From positions 39,742,001-39,806,000 of the forward strand of contig NC_083292.1 in NCBI RefSeq assembly GCF_963506605.1: a stretch of DNA of 64,000 nt. Reading direction: 5' to 3'. The stretch comes from Zootoca vivipara. Lineage: Eukaryota. The position numbers were made by a program, and so were the translations under genes. This document shows positions 24,201 to 35,650 of the stretch, piece after piece. The notes below the pieces were generated by a model. That model searched no databases. It saw only the letters and a list, made by a program, of their open reading frames with translations, and had not been told where the DNA came from. The first letter of the stretch is position 1. Each line of letters opens with the position of its first letter.

Positions 24201-27200
24201 TATAATATCCAACAGGTCAGTTGATTAAATCCTCTTTTTTTAAAGGAGCACCCAAACACCCAGGCTAGAGGTGACAGCCTCTTTCCTCCGCGTGGGGCCC
24301 TCACCGTAACGGCTGCAGCTTCTCCAAAGGAGCCTCTCCGTTGTCACCAAAGTCCACGTAGTAGAGGTCCATGTTTCCATTGCCCAAAGTGCCAAGGACT
24401 CTGGCTCTGTACCAGGCGCGGTCTTCGGGGTAGGGGGCGGCTACGATGTCCCCCACGTTCACCTTCAGGGGTTCCGGCTGGGGAGCCTGAGGAACAGAGG
24501 CACTGGGAGGGGACCCTCGCACACCCACACTCTAGCACTGCAAAAGTACCCAGAGTGCAGAGCGGGTGGGCAAGGGAACAAAGGGGCTGCCCTCCTCCCC
24601 CCCACGCCAGGGGCCTCCCCCACCGCACAAAGCCTCACCGAAAGGCTGCTGCCGTAATACTGCGTCATTTCGTGGGTCAGCTTGTCTAGTTGGAAGGTGC
24701 GCGAGCCGATAATCTGGATCCAGAAGTGGTTGGGGGTCTCGGAGGCCGAGACGTAGACCTCCAGGTGCTCGTTGGTGTGGAAGCTGAAGTCTGGGCTGGG
24801 GACTGAGGACCCAGGAGGCGGAAAGTGAGGAGCAGAGGCCGGCCCTCTCCCTAAACCCTCCCAGATGGAGGGCCGGATCGGTCAGGGTCTGACTTGTAGC
24901 TTCCCTCCCCCCATCTCTTCCTCCCTAGGCAACCCCACAACGATGGCGCCTCCTTGGGAGCCCCAGCCCTAGATAAGATTGCAGCTGTGGGAAATCTATT
25001 TCAACCTATCCTACCAAAAAAGGCACTAGTCCTCATGATTACAGAGAACCTCCTGGAAGAGGGTGAGCACACGGCAGAGAGTCAACTACTTTATTTGTCA
25101 AAGTTAAGTCGCTTCTACAGCTCTAGATATCTACGTGCACCAATCTAATGACTAGTCCAGGCATAGGCAAACTCGGCTCTCCAGATGCTATGAGACTACA
25201 ATTCCCATCATCCCTGACCACAGGTCCTGCTAGCTAGGGATGATGGGAGTTGTAGTCCCAAAACATCTGGAGGGCCGAGTTTGCCTATGCCTGGACTAGG
25301 CAGTTATAAAAGTAAAATTATTATTATTATTAATTATTATTATTATTATTAATCCTCATCATCATTATTCCCTGGTGGGAAGTCTATACATGAAACAATG
25401 TAACTGTTTGTTTTTTTAAAAATTAATTTGGCTTTTCAGAATAAAATTTTAGTCACATATCGAACATACAACATAAAAACAAGATTCCAAGGAATCTCTG
25501 GAACTTCACTCCTCCCCTTCGTGGGTCCTATTGTTAATCATTTCCTCCTGCATCTTTTATAATACAGTTGTGCCTTGGAAGTCGTTCAAATGCCTTGCAA
25601 CTTGAACGTTTTGGCTTCCAAACGCCGCAAACCCAGAAGTGAATGTTCCGGTTTGCGAATGTTCTTTTGGAAGCCAAACGTCTGACGCAGCTTCCACAGC
25701 TTCTGATTGGCTGCAGGAGCTTCCTGCAGCCAATTGGAAGCCACGCTTTGGTTTCCAAACATTTTGGAAGTTGGACAGACTTCTGGAACGGATTCCGTTC
25801 GACTTCCGAGGTACAACTGTACAGTGGAACCTTGGGTTGTGAACGTGATCTGTGCGGGAGGCACGTTTGCAACCCGCAGTGTTCGCAACCCAAGGTGTGA
25901 CTAATCCAAATCTTGTCTCTCCATTGTATCCAAAATTCACCATTAAATTAAAAGTGATATTCCAAACCTACTAACAATTTCAACTGTTTACAACGGTCTT
26001 TGAGGTCAAGCTATAAATTTCCCTCATTCCTTATTAAAATCTTCCAGATTTTCGATTCTTTAGGTAAAGATAAAGGGACCCCCGACCATTAGGTCCAGTC
26101 GTGACCGACTCTGGGGTTGCGGCGCTCATCTCGCGTTATGGGCCGAGGGAACCGGCGTACAGCTTCCAGGTCATGTGGCCAGCATGACAAAGCCGCTTCT
26201 GGCAAACCAGAGCAGCACATGGAAATGCCATTTACCTTCTTGCTTGGAGCGGTTCCTATTTATCTACTTGCACTTTCACATGCTTTCGAACTGCTAGGTT
26301 GGCAGGAGCTGGGACTGAGCAACGGGAGCTCACCCCGTCGCAGGGATTCGAACCGCCGACCTTCTGATCAGCAAGCCCTAGGCTCTGTGGTTTAACCCAC
26401 AGCGCCACCTGCGTCCGATTCTTTAATTTGAAGCTAATTTGTAAAAAAATTGGAAATGCAATAAAAATTATACTGTGTGTAGGGGTGTGGGGAAAGATTC
26501 TAGTCCTCACAACTGAATGAACTCAGCGCCACCAGGTATGGGGCTGGCCACCATCTTAAGCCAGCTTCTAAAGCGTCAAGCAAGAGATCAGACAAGCTGA
26601 CAGAGAAGCCGACCAACAGTTGATAATTAAATGGAACCTCCAGCTCGAGGCCGCCTATCTCTGAAAGAGCTTGCTGGACAACAGCGCAGGAGGGGAAGGG
26701 TTTTTTTTTTTTTTTTTTAAAAAGATATAAAGACTGCCTCGTTATGCTTACCTTCGAAAGCATAGCTCAGACAAGAGGTTTCCGATAAGGACTCGGAGGA
26801 TGAGCCATCTTCGCTCCTCGGCTCATCGGGGGGATATTCTGGGATCTTCCCAGTGGCTCCTTCGTGGTGTGGGGTCCCCAGCGGCTGATGGAAAGCTTCT
26901 TCGGTGCAAGGGGGACCCCGCCTCCGGTCGCCGCTGCCGCCAGCGTCCTCCTTCCTCGTGCCCAGAGGCTGCTTCCGCTGGGACCGGGCCATAGCCGCGT
27001 GCGAGAGCTTCTTGTGGAAGGCCTCGTCCTCCAAAACCTTTTCCGCGATCAGTTTCTGCAGGAGATTTGGAATATGAGTAGCAAAGGAGGCTGGTGGACT
27101 GGGTAGGGGTTCCCTTTGTCTAAGCAGGCTGTGGTCGGAACTGGCTCCTCCCAATATAGTTCAGGTTGCAGCCTGGCTGGCAAAGGAATTGCCCCCCTGC

Positions 27201-30200
27201 ACTCCTGGCTTGAACCGCACTTGCTCCTTCCCCAGGTCTTGCCCACCTGGAAGGATGGCCCCCAGGGAGGGGTACTTTTTAACAGGGTGGATTTGATTTA
27301 AATCAGGGGCAGACACCACATATTTACCTCCTCTAGAACCCCAAAATTGTAGTTTAACCCTCACGTAACTACAACTCCCAGCAACTACAACTCTTTGGAA
27401 GGGGTTTGGGGCGCCCTGCTTAGAAAGGAGGTTATGCCTGCAGCTTCCGAGGGTATAAGGCAGGCCTCCTCGGGGACAGGTTCCCAGTACATGGCGATAT
27501 TTAATTGGGGCCGCCCACCACGACCTCACAGAACGACGCCAGCAGCTGGGGAGCAGGGCAGGGGGCTCACCTTAGCTGCTAGCACCTCCTTGCGGGTCCC
27601 AGAGAGCGTGATCTGGCGGTTGAGCGAAAAACTCCCTTCACGGTCGCAATCGATCTTGGCCCCCGTGCTCTGGTGGATGGCTCGCACCGTCTCCCCGCCC
27701 CTGCCTGGGGGACGAGAAAAGGTTAGCAGAAACCGCAAGGAACGTGTCCTGTCCCTCCACTGTCCCCTGAGGGCACCTCCATTGCAGCACTGGGAGAGAT
27801 TGGAAGAGGAAGGCTCCCTCCATCAGCTTCGCTAGGGGCCCATTTGGTCATTTGAGCAGCCGTTTAGAAATCGGTGCCTGAGTGTTGGCTGTTGTTTTCC
27901 TCTACCCTCCCAGTTCCTCTTCCCTTGTGTGCTTTTCTTTGTGTGTGTCTTTTTTAAAAAAAAGATCACAAGCTTGGAGCTAGGGATTGTCTTCTTTTGA
28001 CCGTATATAAACCACTCCTGGAGCCTTTATGCCTGAAGAAGAGGGCACCAAGTTCTCAAAATAAATAATAACGAACTATATAGGCCCAAAGAGGCTAATC
28101 TACAGGTTGCAAAATATTTGCCCTGTTAACTTTCTGCTCATTTCCTCCTCGGGTGATGAATCTGCAAACCCCAACATGGGGGGCAAAGGCAGAGTCCAGC
28201 AAAGTGCCAAGTGGCTGATCAGAGTTTGCAGAGCCTGGGGCTTTGCAGACACTGCTGGCCTGTGCAGATGATAAAATTTAAAAGTAATATTGAAATATCT
28301 AAAGGGCTATCATGTGGAGCAAGCTTGTTTCCTGCAGGACCCGAAGCAATGGATTCAAGTGACAAGAAAGGAGATTCTGTCCAAAGATCAGGGAGAACAT
28401 TCTGGCAGCAAGAGCCATTCAATAGGGGAAGAGATGGCTTTGGAAGGTGGGGGACTCTCCTCTAGGGGAGGTTGCTAAACAGAGTCGGGTGGCCACCTGT
28501 CGGGGATACCTCAGCCGTGCTTCCTGCTTTGCAGGGGGTTGGACTAGATGGCCCCTGGGGTCCCTTTCCAACTCTACAATTCTATGTTTCTATGAAATAA
28601 TATAGATGGTCCTCGCCCTCATTTTACCCTCAACACAGCAAGGCACATTAGGATGAGGCATTGTGACTGGATCAGTTGTCACCCAGTGAGCTTCATGGCT
28701 AAGCGGGGACTTGAACCCTTGTCTCCCAGGTCCGAGTCCAAGACTCTAACCACTAGGCCACACCAACTCCCAACAGTAATGGCACCTGAAGTTCCCTTGC
28801 TGTTGGTTTATAAGCCCAGGGCAGGCGCCAAGCGTGCAGGATTCCCGCCATCCAATCAAGACAAAGCACAATAAAGTTTTGGGGCATTCAGAGGACGCAG
28901 AACAGGGATTACCAATGATGCGCCCCACGGCACGCTGGGGCACAAGGATCTTTTCCGTCACGGCCAAGTTCTCCTCCAGGATCTGGTGGATGGCGGCTTT
29001 GGCCTTGCACACCTGGACGGCGGAGCCCCAGATGCGGATCAGGCGCTCCTCGCCAGAATCTTCCACGTCGACATCAATGCGGGCCTGGGTGTCCTTCCGC
29101 AGCTGCAGAGAGGGAGGACAGGGGCTCTTCAGCCTCGGCAATCTCCAAAACAGCGACGGCTAGGCCGAGTCAGACTGCGCCCGGTTCCCAGCAGCCTCTA
29201 TGGTGGGGGCCTCATCCAATTTTATACACAACGGCAGAGGCCCCATTCATACCAGCGTGATGATTAAACGGTCACCGCTTCCCTCAAAGGATTCTGGGAG
29301 CTGTTGGTTGTTCAGAGTGATATGAGTTGTTAGGGGACACCCTCCCCCCATAGCTACAATTCCCAAAAGACGGACGGGTTGTTAAAGCACTCTGGGAATT
29401 GCAGCTCTGTGAAGGTTTATCCTCAGCACCCTCAAACTACAGCTCCCAGAATTCTTTGGGTAACTAATTCTAGCCTGGTCCCTCTATCCTCTTACCTGCT
29501 AATTTCTGCAAGGTGATGCAGAAACGAAGGCTGCATTCACACCAAACATTTACAGCACCACGATACCAATTTAAGCAGTCATGGCTTCCCTCAAAAGAAT
29601 CCTGGGGGCCGCAGTTAGTTAAGCAAGCCGTTAGGAGACCCCCCCGCTGCTCCCCTCATATAGCTACCCTTTCCTGCCACTACAGATCCCCTCTTTGTGG
29701 GGAACTCTGGGGAATCATAACCCTGCAAAGGCCTTAACCAGGGGTCGGCAAGGCTTACCAGGCATAGGCTGGATCACTCCAACGGAAATCCTGTGGGCCA
29801 GACAGGCGGAGTGCGACACCGGAAATCGCGTCTCTGCATGTACGTGGCGCCGGAAATCGCTTCTGCAGATGCCCAGATGCTGAAAATTGCACCTGTGCAG
29901 AAGCGATTTCTGTTGTCTGGGCATGTGCAGAAGCGATTTCCGGGGCCGTGGAAGAGAATCCCCACTCTGCGCTGTGCCAGTTTAGTGCAGTGCGCGGGAA
30001 CTTGCCAAGCGGGTGGCTTGGTTCATGGGCGGCTCGTGGGCCAGTTAAACGACCTCCGTGGGCCACTTCCGGCCCATGGGCCACAGGTTGGGGACCCCTG
30101 GCCTTCACCCAGAGATGTGGGGGTCAGGCCTGAGGTGCCGTTTTCTCCCTCCCCATTGAAGTGTTGGGCGGAGGGCAGCGGTGAATTCACACAGCTCCAG

Positions 30201-31777
30201 GAATCAGCAAACCTACCTGCTTGACGTTGGCTCCGTGGCGCCCGATGAGCAGCTTCACGGCATCCTTCGGGATCTTCATCTCCACCTGGAGCTCCTCCTC
30301 GCCCACAAACGTCAGCCGCTCCTCTGGAAGCCCCAGCCAGAGAGAAAGACACACGCACTGAGCGATTAGGACCCAAAACTCCCCCCTCCTTTTCAGGCAG
30401 CTGTCTCTCCTTGGCAGCCATGAGCCCATCACCCCAGGGAAGAGATGGTGGCAGGCCTCCCTGCCCGCTCGTGAGCTTGGGGATCTGCCCATCTAATAGC
30501 CACAAAGGCTCTGTGCCACTTCCGCTGCGGGAGGCAGGGTGCCACTGAATGCCCGTTGCCAGGAACAGCAAGCGGGGAGATGTAGCTGCTGTGGTGGGGG
30601 GTCCTACTTGTGGGTTTCCCTTGGGGGCATCTGGCTGGCCGGCGTGAGAACAGGCTGCGGGGCTAGAAGGGCCCCCTTTGGCCTGATCTTAAGATCTTAT
30701 AGAATTAGAGGAATTCTCTATCAATGGCTGCTGGCCATGACTGCTATACTCTGTTCTCCACACCACAGTGGGGTGGGGTGCTGCTCTTGCTTTTGAGAGC
30801 CTGCTTATGGGTTGGACCCTGTGATGTGGGCTAGATGGGCCTGATCCAGCTTCAGGGCTCCTGTAATGTTCTTGACCAACAATGCTACCCCCGCGGAGCA
30901 GGCTAGGAAATAAGGATGGGGAACGGTGAACCCAGCCTATTTTTATTAGTACTGTTAATAATTCACACGCCGGCTGCGCTTTCCCTCTGCTGTTGCAAGT
31001 CTAGACTCCTTCATGATGGAGTCTCCTTGAAACAGCACGGTGCTTTTCCAAAAGGGAAAACAAACTCTTCCACATTGCAAAGGGTTGGACTAGATGAGTC
31101 TTTGGGTTCCTTCCAGCTCCCCAATTCTGTATGAACCCGTCTATAGAGACCCAGCACTTTCCTTGCCGGGGTGAGGCAGATCAGTAAGTTGCAAGAGCAG
31201 AGAGCAAGCACCAAAGCAGTCCTCGCTCTCGCCGGGATTTCAAAAGGGGCCCTTGAATTCCTGGTTCCGACCCAACACGTGCCATGTGGGGAGTCATGAG
31301 GCTCCACCGGACATAGCTGGACTCAACTTCCAAGCAAGAACAGGCTGGAAGCACTTAAAAACTCTGTTTGCTACCCACCGGGTTTCACCAGCGACCCCGC
31401 CCTCCGCCTGAGCCCAAGGGCGGAAAGATGTCAATATGGGATGTGTGTACAAAATGACAGCAAGTGTCAAGCAAATGCTCGAGGGCAGGAGCAGCTATTG
31501 GAAGCTTTCCCAGAATGAGCAGCACACACAGACAGGAAAGGAGTACAGCAGGCAGACGCAATCGATTGTTCAAAGCCCAGTTCCACCCACGCAGCAGATG
31601 CCGGTCGCACAGCTGCGCTTCCCACCTCCTTCCGACCCAGGGCGCACACCCACCTTGGCTCTCCCGGTAACGGCGGTACAGGATGTACAGAATAGCCCCG
31701 CTGGCGGGGACACCGAGCGCCAGGGCCACCTTCTGCAGCGTTGTCAGACTGCTCCAGGAGCCCTTCTCAGCTGCCAT
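18242..31777 (-). CDS. TDRKH: Tudor and KH domain-containing protein (TDRD2), piRNA biogenesis factor, about 733 aa
   Basis: Coding exons 31777-31654, 30323-30217, 29102-28913, 27704-27571, 27055-26752, 24802-24639, 24486-24305, 22994-22930, 21826-21675, 21469-21347, 20485-20389, 18801-18242. All GT-AG and phase-consistent (2202 nt). N-terminal TM anchor (LQKVALALGVPASGAILYILY), two KH GxxG loops (IGRHGAN, IGRGGET), Tudor core (WYRARV...YYVDFGDN), LTLSCLSLS. The last exon is the least certain. Confidence 0.95.
20980..21164. mobile_element. hAT-type MITE in a TDRKH intron
   Basis: TIRs CAGGGGTCGGCAA / TTGCCGACCCCTG; TSD GACTAGAA/GACTACAA; the empty site is present in the duplicate near 7180. 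Confidence 0.9.
24028..24155. mobile_element. hAT-type MITE
   Basis: TIRs CAGGCTTCCTCAACCTCGG / CCGAGGTCGAGGAAGCCTG; perfect TSD CTTTACAC. Confidence 0.9.
25158..25293. mobile_element. hAT-type MITE
   Basis: TIRs CAGGCATAGGCAAACTCGG / CCGAGTTTGCCTATGCCTG; TSD GACTAGTC/GACTAGGC. Confidence 0.88.
25565..25903. mobile_element. Two abutting Tc1/mariner-type MITEs (25565-25819 and 25822-about 25903) sharing a TA, inside an AT-rich LINE remnant
   Basis: CAGTTGTGCCTTGGAAGTCG / CGACTTCCGAGGTACAACTG, then TA, then CAGTGGAACCTTGGGTTG ... CAACCCAAGG. Confidence 0.75.
26062..26415 (-). mobile_element. Sauria SINE
   Basis: Reverse complement of the 13999-14357 family (AGGTAAAGATAAAGGGACCCC ... GTTTAACCCACAGCGCCACCTGCGTCC). 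Confidence 0.85.
28290..28593 (+). mobile_element. CR1-type LINE 3' fragment
   Basis: KYLKGYH remnant and 3' end GGGTTGGACTAGATG...CCAACTCTACAATTCTATG, shared with 53880-54390. Confidence 0.7.
29739..30100. mobile_element. hAT-type non-autonomous element, longer relative of 20980-21164
   Basis: TIRs CAGGGGTCGGCAA / TTGGGGACCCCTG; TSD GCCTTAAC/GCCTTCAC; internal short inverted repeats (GGAAATCGCTTCTGC / GCAGAAGCGATTTC). Confidence 0.85.
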
Positions 31778-33769
31778 GGCCCCTGCTGGAGGCACCCTAA
31801 ACGGGAAGGGGAAAAATTTCCTCAGCTGCATCTCCCCACGGGAGAGGCCGACCAAGTACATTGCCCCGCAGGGAAGCAGCAGCAGCAGACGGGATCTGCC
31901 GGACAGGGACCGCAGCTCCACAGTGGAAGCAACTCGGAGGACGCTTGAGAAATGACTTTGCTTCTCAAGGGTTTGGACAGCTGCCTGGAGCCGACTGCAG
32001 CCAACCTTGCTGTCCCAGGCGGAGGTTTCCCCTCCCCACCCCACCTTGGGAGAAGGTGCCAGGTTTTGTGTTTCAAAGAGGACGGACGAGCCAAGCCAGG
32101 GTGTGTGTAAATCAATGTGGTTTCAGAAATGCACTTTCAGGGCTGAGTCCCACCATCCACTTCTGGCAGAACAGACCAAGAATCCATTTAAACCAGGCGT
32201 GGGGAACTCAATGCGGCCCTCTAGAACCCTGCATCTGGCCCTCAAATTTTTCCAAGCCACACCCTTCTATGGCCTTGTTTTCTACCCAAGGTTTTCTGCT
32301 TTTTGCCTGGCTGGAAAGTTTTCTTGAACTCTTGAGCACGCCTCTGGATGAAGGGTAGGGGCATCTTGAGTGGGTGCAGAAACCAGAAGCCAGTTACATC
32401 TGTTCTTGTACCCAGTTCTGCCCACCACTGGCATGCGGCCCTTGGAAGGTTTCCGAAGGGGGAATGTGGCCCTCTGGGTAAAACACAGGTTTTTCCCGCC
32501 CACAACAGCACCATGTTCCCATGAAGCTTCACACACACACACACACACACGGGTTGAGGATTGTCTTCCTTCCTTCCTATGTCCCCAGCATCTAACACTC
32601 AGAGGTATACTGCCTCAGTATCTGGAGGTTCCACTCCTAACTAGAATAAAGACCAAAAGAGCCCTGCAGGGTTGGAATGAAGGACTGCATTGTCTCCCAC
32701 AATGGCCAGGCCACATAACCCTGGGAACTGCAAAAGCAATGCTTGAAGCACTGCCCTATTTTAGTCCCTCATTGCAGCAAGTGGAATTCACATACCGAGC
32801 ACTCCGAATGTGGACATTCTGCCTCACTTTCATGACCAATGTCTTATTATTTCCCCTCCTCAGTGAATTGGTTTGATGACCTTTTAAGAACATCCAAGTC
32901 TGTGGCACTCGCCATACCTGGTGGCAGCGAGTTCCACAGCTCAGGACACACCCTGCACAGCAGCCCGTTTTCTTCTGTATGCCCCAAACCTTCTGCCCAC
33001 CAGTGTCCCTGAGTCTCTACCAACACCCTGAAATGTTCTAGCAATGCAAGGAAGGTTTTTGGTGTTTTTTGCCATGCAAGCCCCTGCATCACAGATGGGG
33101 GCCTTTGGGACTCCAGATGCTACTGAAACAGTCCCCATCAGTTGCAGATGAGAGTTGCAACCCCGCAACATCTGGTCGCAGCTGCCTCACCATTGCTCTG
33201 AACTTCTGTGCAAATAGCGGCCATTAACCCAAATGCCTGTTGTTGCTTTTTTATTTAAACTACCCCAGAGCTGAGGGACCGAAAACATCGCAAAAGCCAT
33301 GGCCCAACGTTTGAAATGTTTGTTGAAACCGCAAGATACATAACATACATCTCTATCCTTTTGAAATCTGCTCTTTGCTCAGCAACACACAACTTTCTCC
33401 CCAACCCCACAGAGCCCTTCTCAGCCACACCCTGTGAGGGCTTTGGCATCCCCCCCCCCTCAATGTAGCTATTGGGGGGGCTTCTTGGAAATGGGTGTTC
33501 TGTTGGAGCAGAAAACTGCAGGTTCAAGTAATTATTAAAATGTAGGGCTTTTAAGAAGAAAATTGGTACGACCTTTTCCTAGATTGGAAAGTATTTGCGT
33601 CCCACTTTATTAAAAATGTGATACGTTGCTTGCATCCAGAAACATTTAAAAAATTTATAGCACCTATTAATTACACTCAGCCTAGAGAGAGTCATCTCCA
33701 AGCAATGGACAGCAAGACTTTCTATAAAGTCTATGGAATAGGCTCCCTTCTGCGAACCAGTTGGTATCT

Positions 33770-34790
33770 GCTATAAAACATTTAACTTGGCAATAAAATT
33801 AATTAAAATTATAGAGAACATGCACACAGAATCTTAGCCTCCCCACATGTAGGGATATTGACACTATACAAAGCACCTGAGTTTTAGCTAGGACTGCTGG
33901 GAACCTTAGCTTGTTAAGAGCGGGTTACTATCTGAAGAGAAAACTACAGCTCCCTGGATTATTTGGAAGAAGTCGTGTGCTTTAAATATATGGTGTGTTC
34001 CTCTGCTATTCTTAGTGTGATAGGCAATGAAGGAAATACTCAGAGTAGACACACTGAAAGTACATGTAAACAAGGCCTTGGTTCTCTCAGATTCCCTCAG
34101 TTTAAAATTTATCAACCTGGTAATAAAATGAATTAAAAATACAGCACCCACACAGAATCCTGGCCTACAAGTTTTTATCTGAGAAAAGCCTATAAACCTG
34201 ATAAAAAAGAATGAAAAAGTAAATAAAAGCCCACAAAGAGAACCCTGTCATTCTTATTTCTCTCAGTTAAGACATATAAACCTGACAATAAAAAAGACTA
34301 TAAATACTCCCATACAGAATCCTGCTCTCTGGTTTTAATCTGAGATAGTAATCTAAACCTGGTAATAAAATGGATAACATTAATGAAATTCGAGCAGAAC
34401 CCTGGTTCGTCCTCATTTCTCCCAGTTGATCTAGTAAGCAAGTAAATAGAGAATAATATATATATGGAGAACCTTGCCCTTTCAGATTTCTCCAAGCAAA
34501 ACCTATTGGCTTGCTATATAAAAAAAATCACATCTGTACAGAATTCTAATCTCCCGTTGCTATCTCAGTGGGTTTTTAAGGCAATAAAATATACAGTATA
34601 AAGCCCACACAGAATCCTGTGCTCGGAGACCATCATATAACCCTGGTAAGAGAAATGAATGAAAATGTAAATTAAAAGCTAGGCATGTAAAGAATGCAAT
34701 TCAAGTCTTGCCCTCCCCGTTGTCTTTAGTTAAAATACATTAATCCTGCCAGTGAAATGAGCATAAACAGAAGCCCTGGCCTCCCCCTTC
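33770..34790. repeat. Degenerate AT-rich tandem array, unit about 80 bp
   Basis: Recurring AAACCTG(G)TAATAAAA...CACACAGAA(T/C)CCTG motif near 33785, 34114, 34194, 34278, 34354, 34580, 34638 and 34742. Confidence 0.65.
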
Positions 34791-35650
34791 CTCCCAACGA
34801 CGACAACCCCCCCAGAGACCTTCCAGAGCACCTCCCGGGAGCTCTCCGCTCTCCTCCGCGCCGGAATACAAATGAGAATGACGACGCCCAGCGCAGGCTG
34901 CTCCTCCCTCCCGTATACGTAGCAGCTGCTTAGCCGCGCCCCTTGTACCTCATTGGCCAAGGGGAGCGGCCACAGCAGAAGGGAGGAGGAACAGTTGTCA
35001 TTGGGCGAGATACTGTACTGGGAGGGAGAGGCGGGACGGACGAAAAATTCCAATTCGACACCACCCTCAGAGAGGGAGGGGGAAAGAGAGGAGTCTATTC
35101 TAATTGGACGCTACTAGCAGTATGCGGATGAGAGGAGATTTTCATTGGGCACCAGGGGCCGGAGGGCGTGTCGACTCGTCAGAATGCCTCTTTTCCCACC
35201 GCTGCGAGGAAGCCCCGCACACAAGCTTACCAACGAGTCGTCGACCAATAGGCAGAGCGGTGCTGAGTTTCTGAGGCAACTGGAGGCGGGGTCGTAGTTA
35301 CTATGAGGGCGGAGGGAGAAAGATGGCCAATGCCAATTAGGAAGAAGCAAAGCGCCCGAGGCGTAGGGGTGTGAGCGAGGGTGGGGATAGGTGCCTGAGG
35401 AGGGGGAATATAAAAGACGACCAATAGGCAAGAAAGAAGTCCAGACGACAGCCAATCCCGCGGGTAGGGGAGGAAAGGGGCGGGAAGATAGCCTTAACCG
35501 TTATCCTCTCGCGCAGGTGTAACTGTTTAGCATCACTGGTGGCTCAGAAGTGGTCCCATGATGCGCTGCGCCCATAGGAGGCTGCCGTTGCTGGCTTCCC
35601 ATAATGCACTGCAGGGGAAAAATTGGGCCTTCGGAGTTGCTATGGTTACA
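34790..35650 (-). promoter_or_regulatory. CpG-island promoter, probably of TDRKH
   Basis: CpG-rich; about nine CCAAT/ATTGG boxes in 34950-35460; GC boxes; AACCGTTA 35496-35503; TTCCCATAATGCAC about 35596-35609; GTTGCTATGGTTAC 35636-35649. It is the nearest CpG island upstream of the TDRKH ATG exon, which has its own splice acceptor at 31783-31784. Confidence 0.75.

Noticed and set aside
28690-28770. tRNA-like A/B-box sequences here and at about 35990-36040 and 57420-57500
   Set aside because: Degenerate SINE heads; no complete cloverleaf, so not called tRNA genes.
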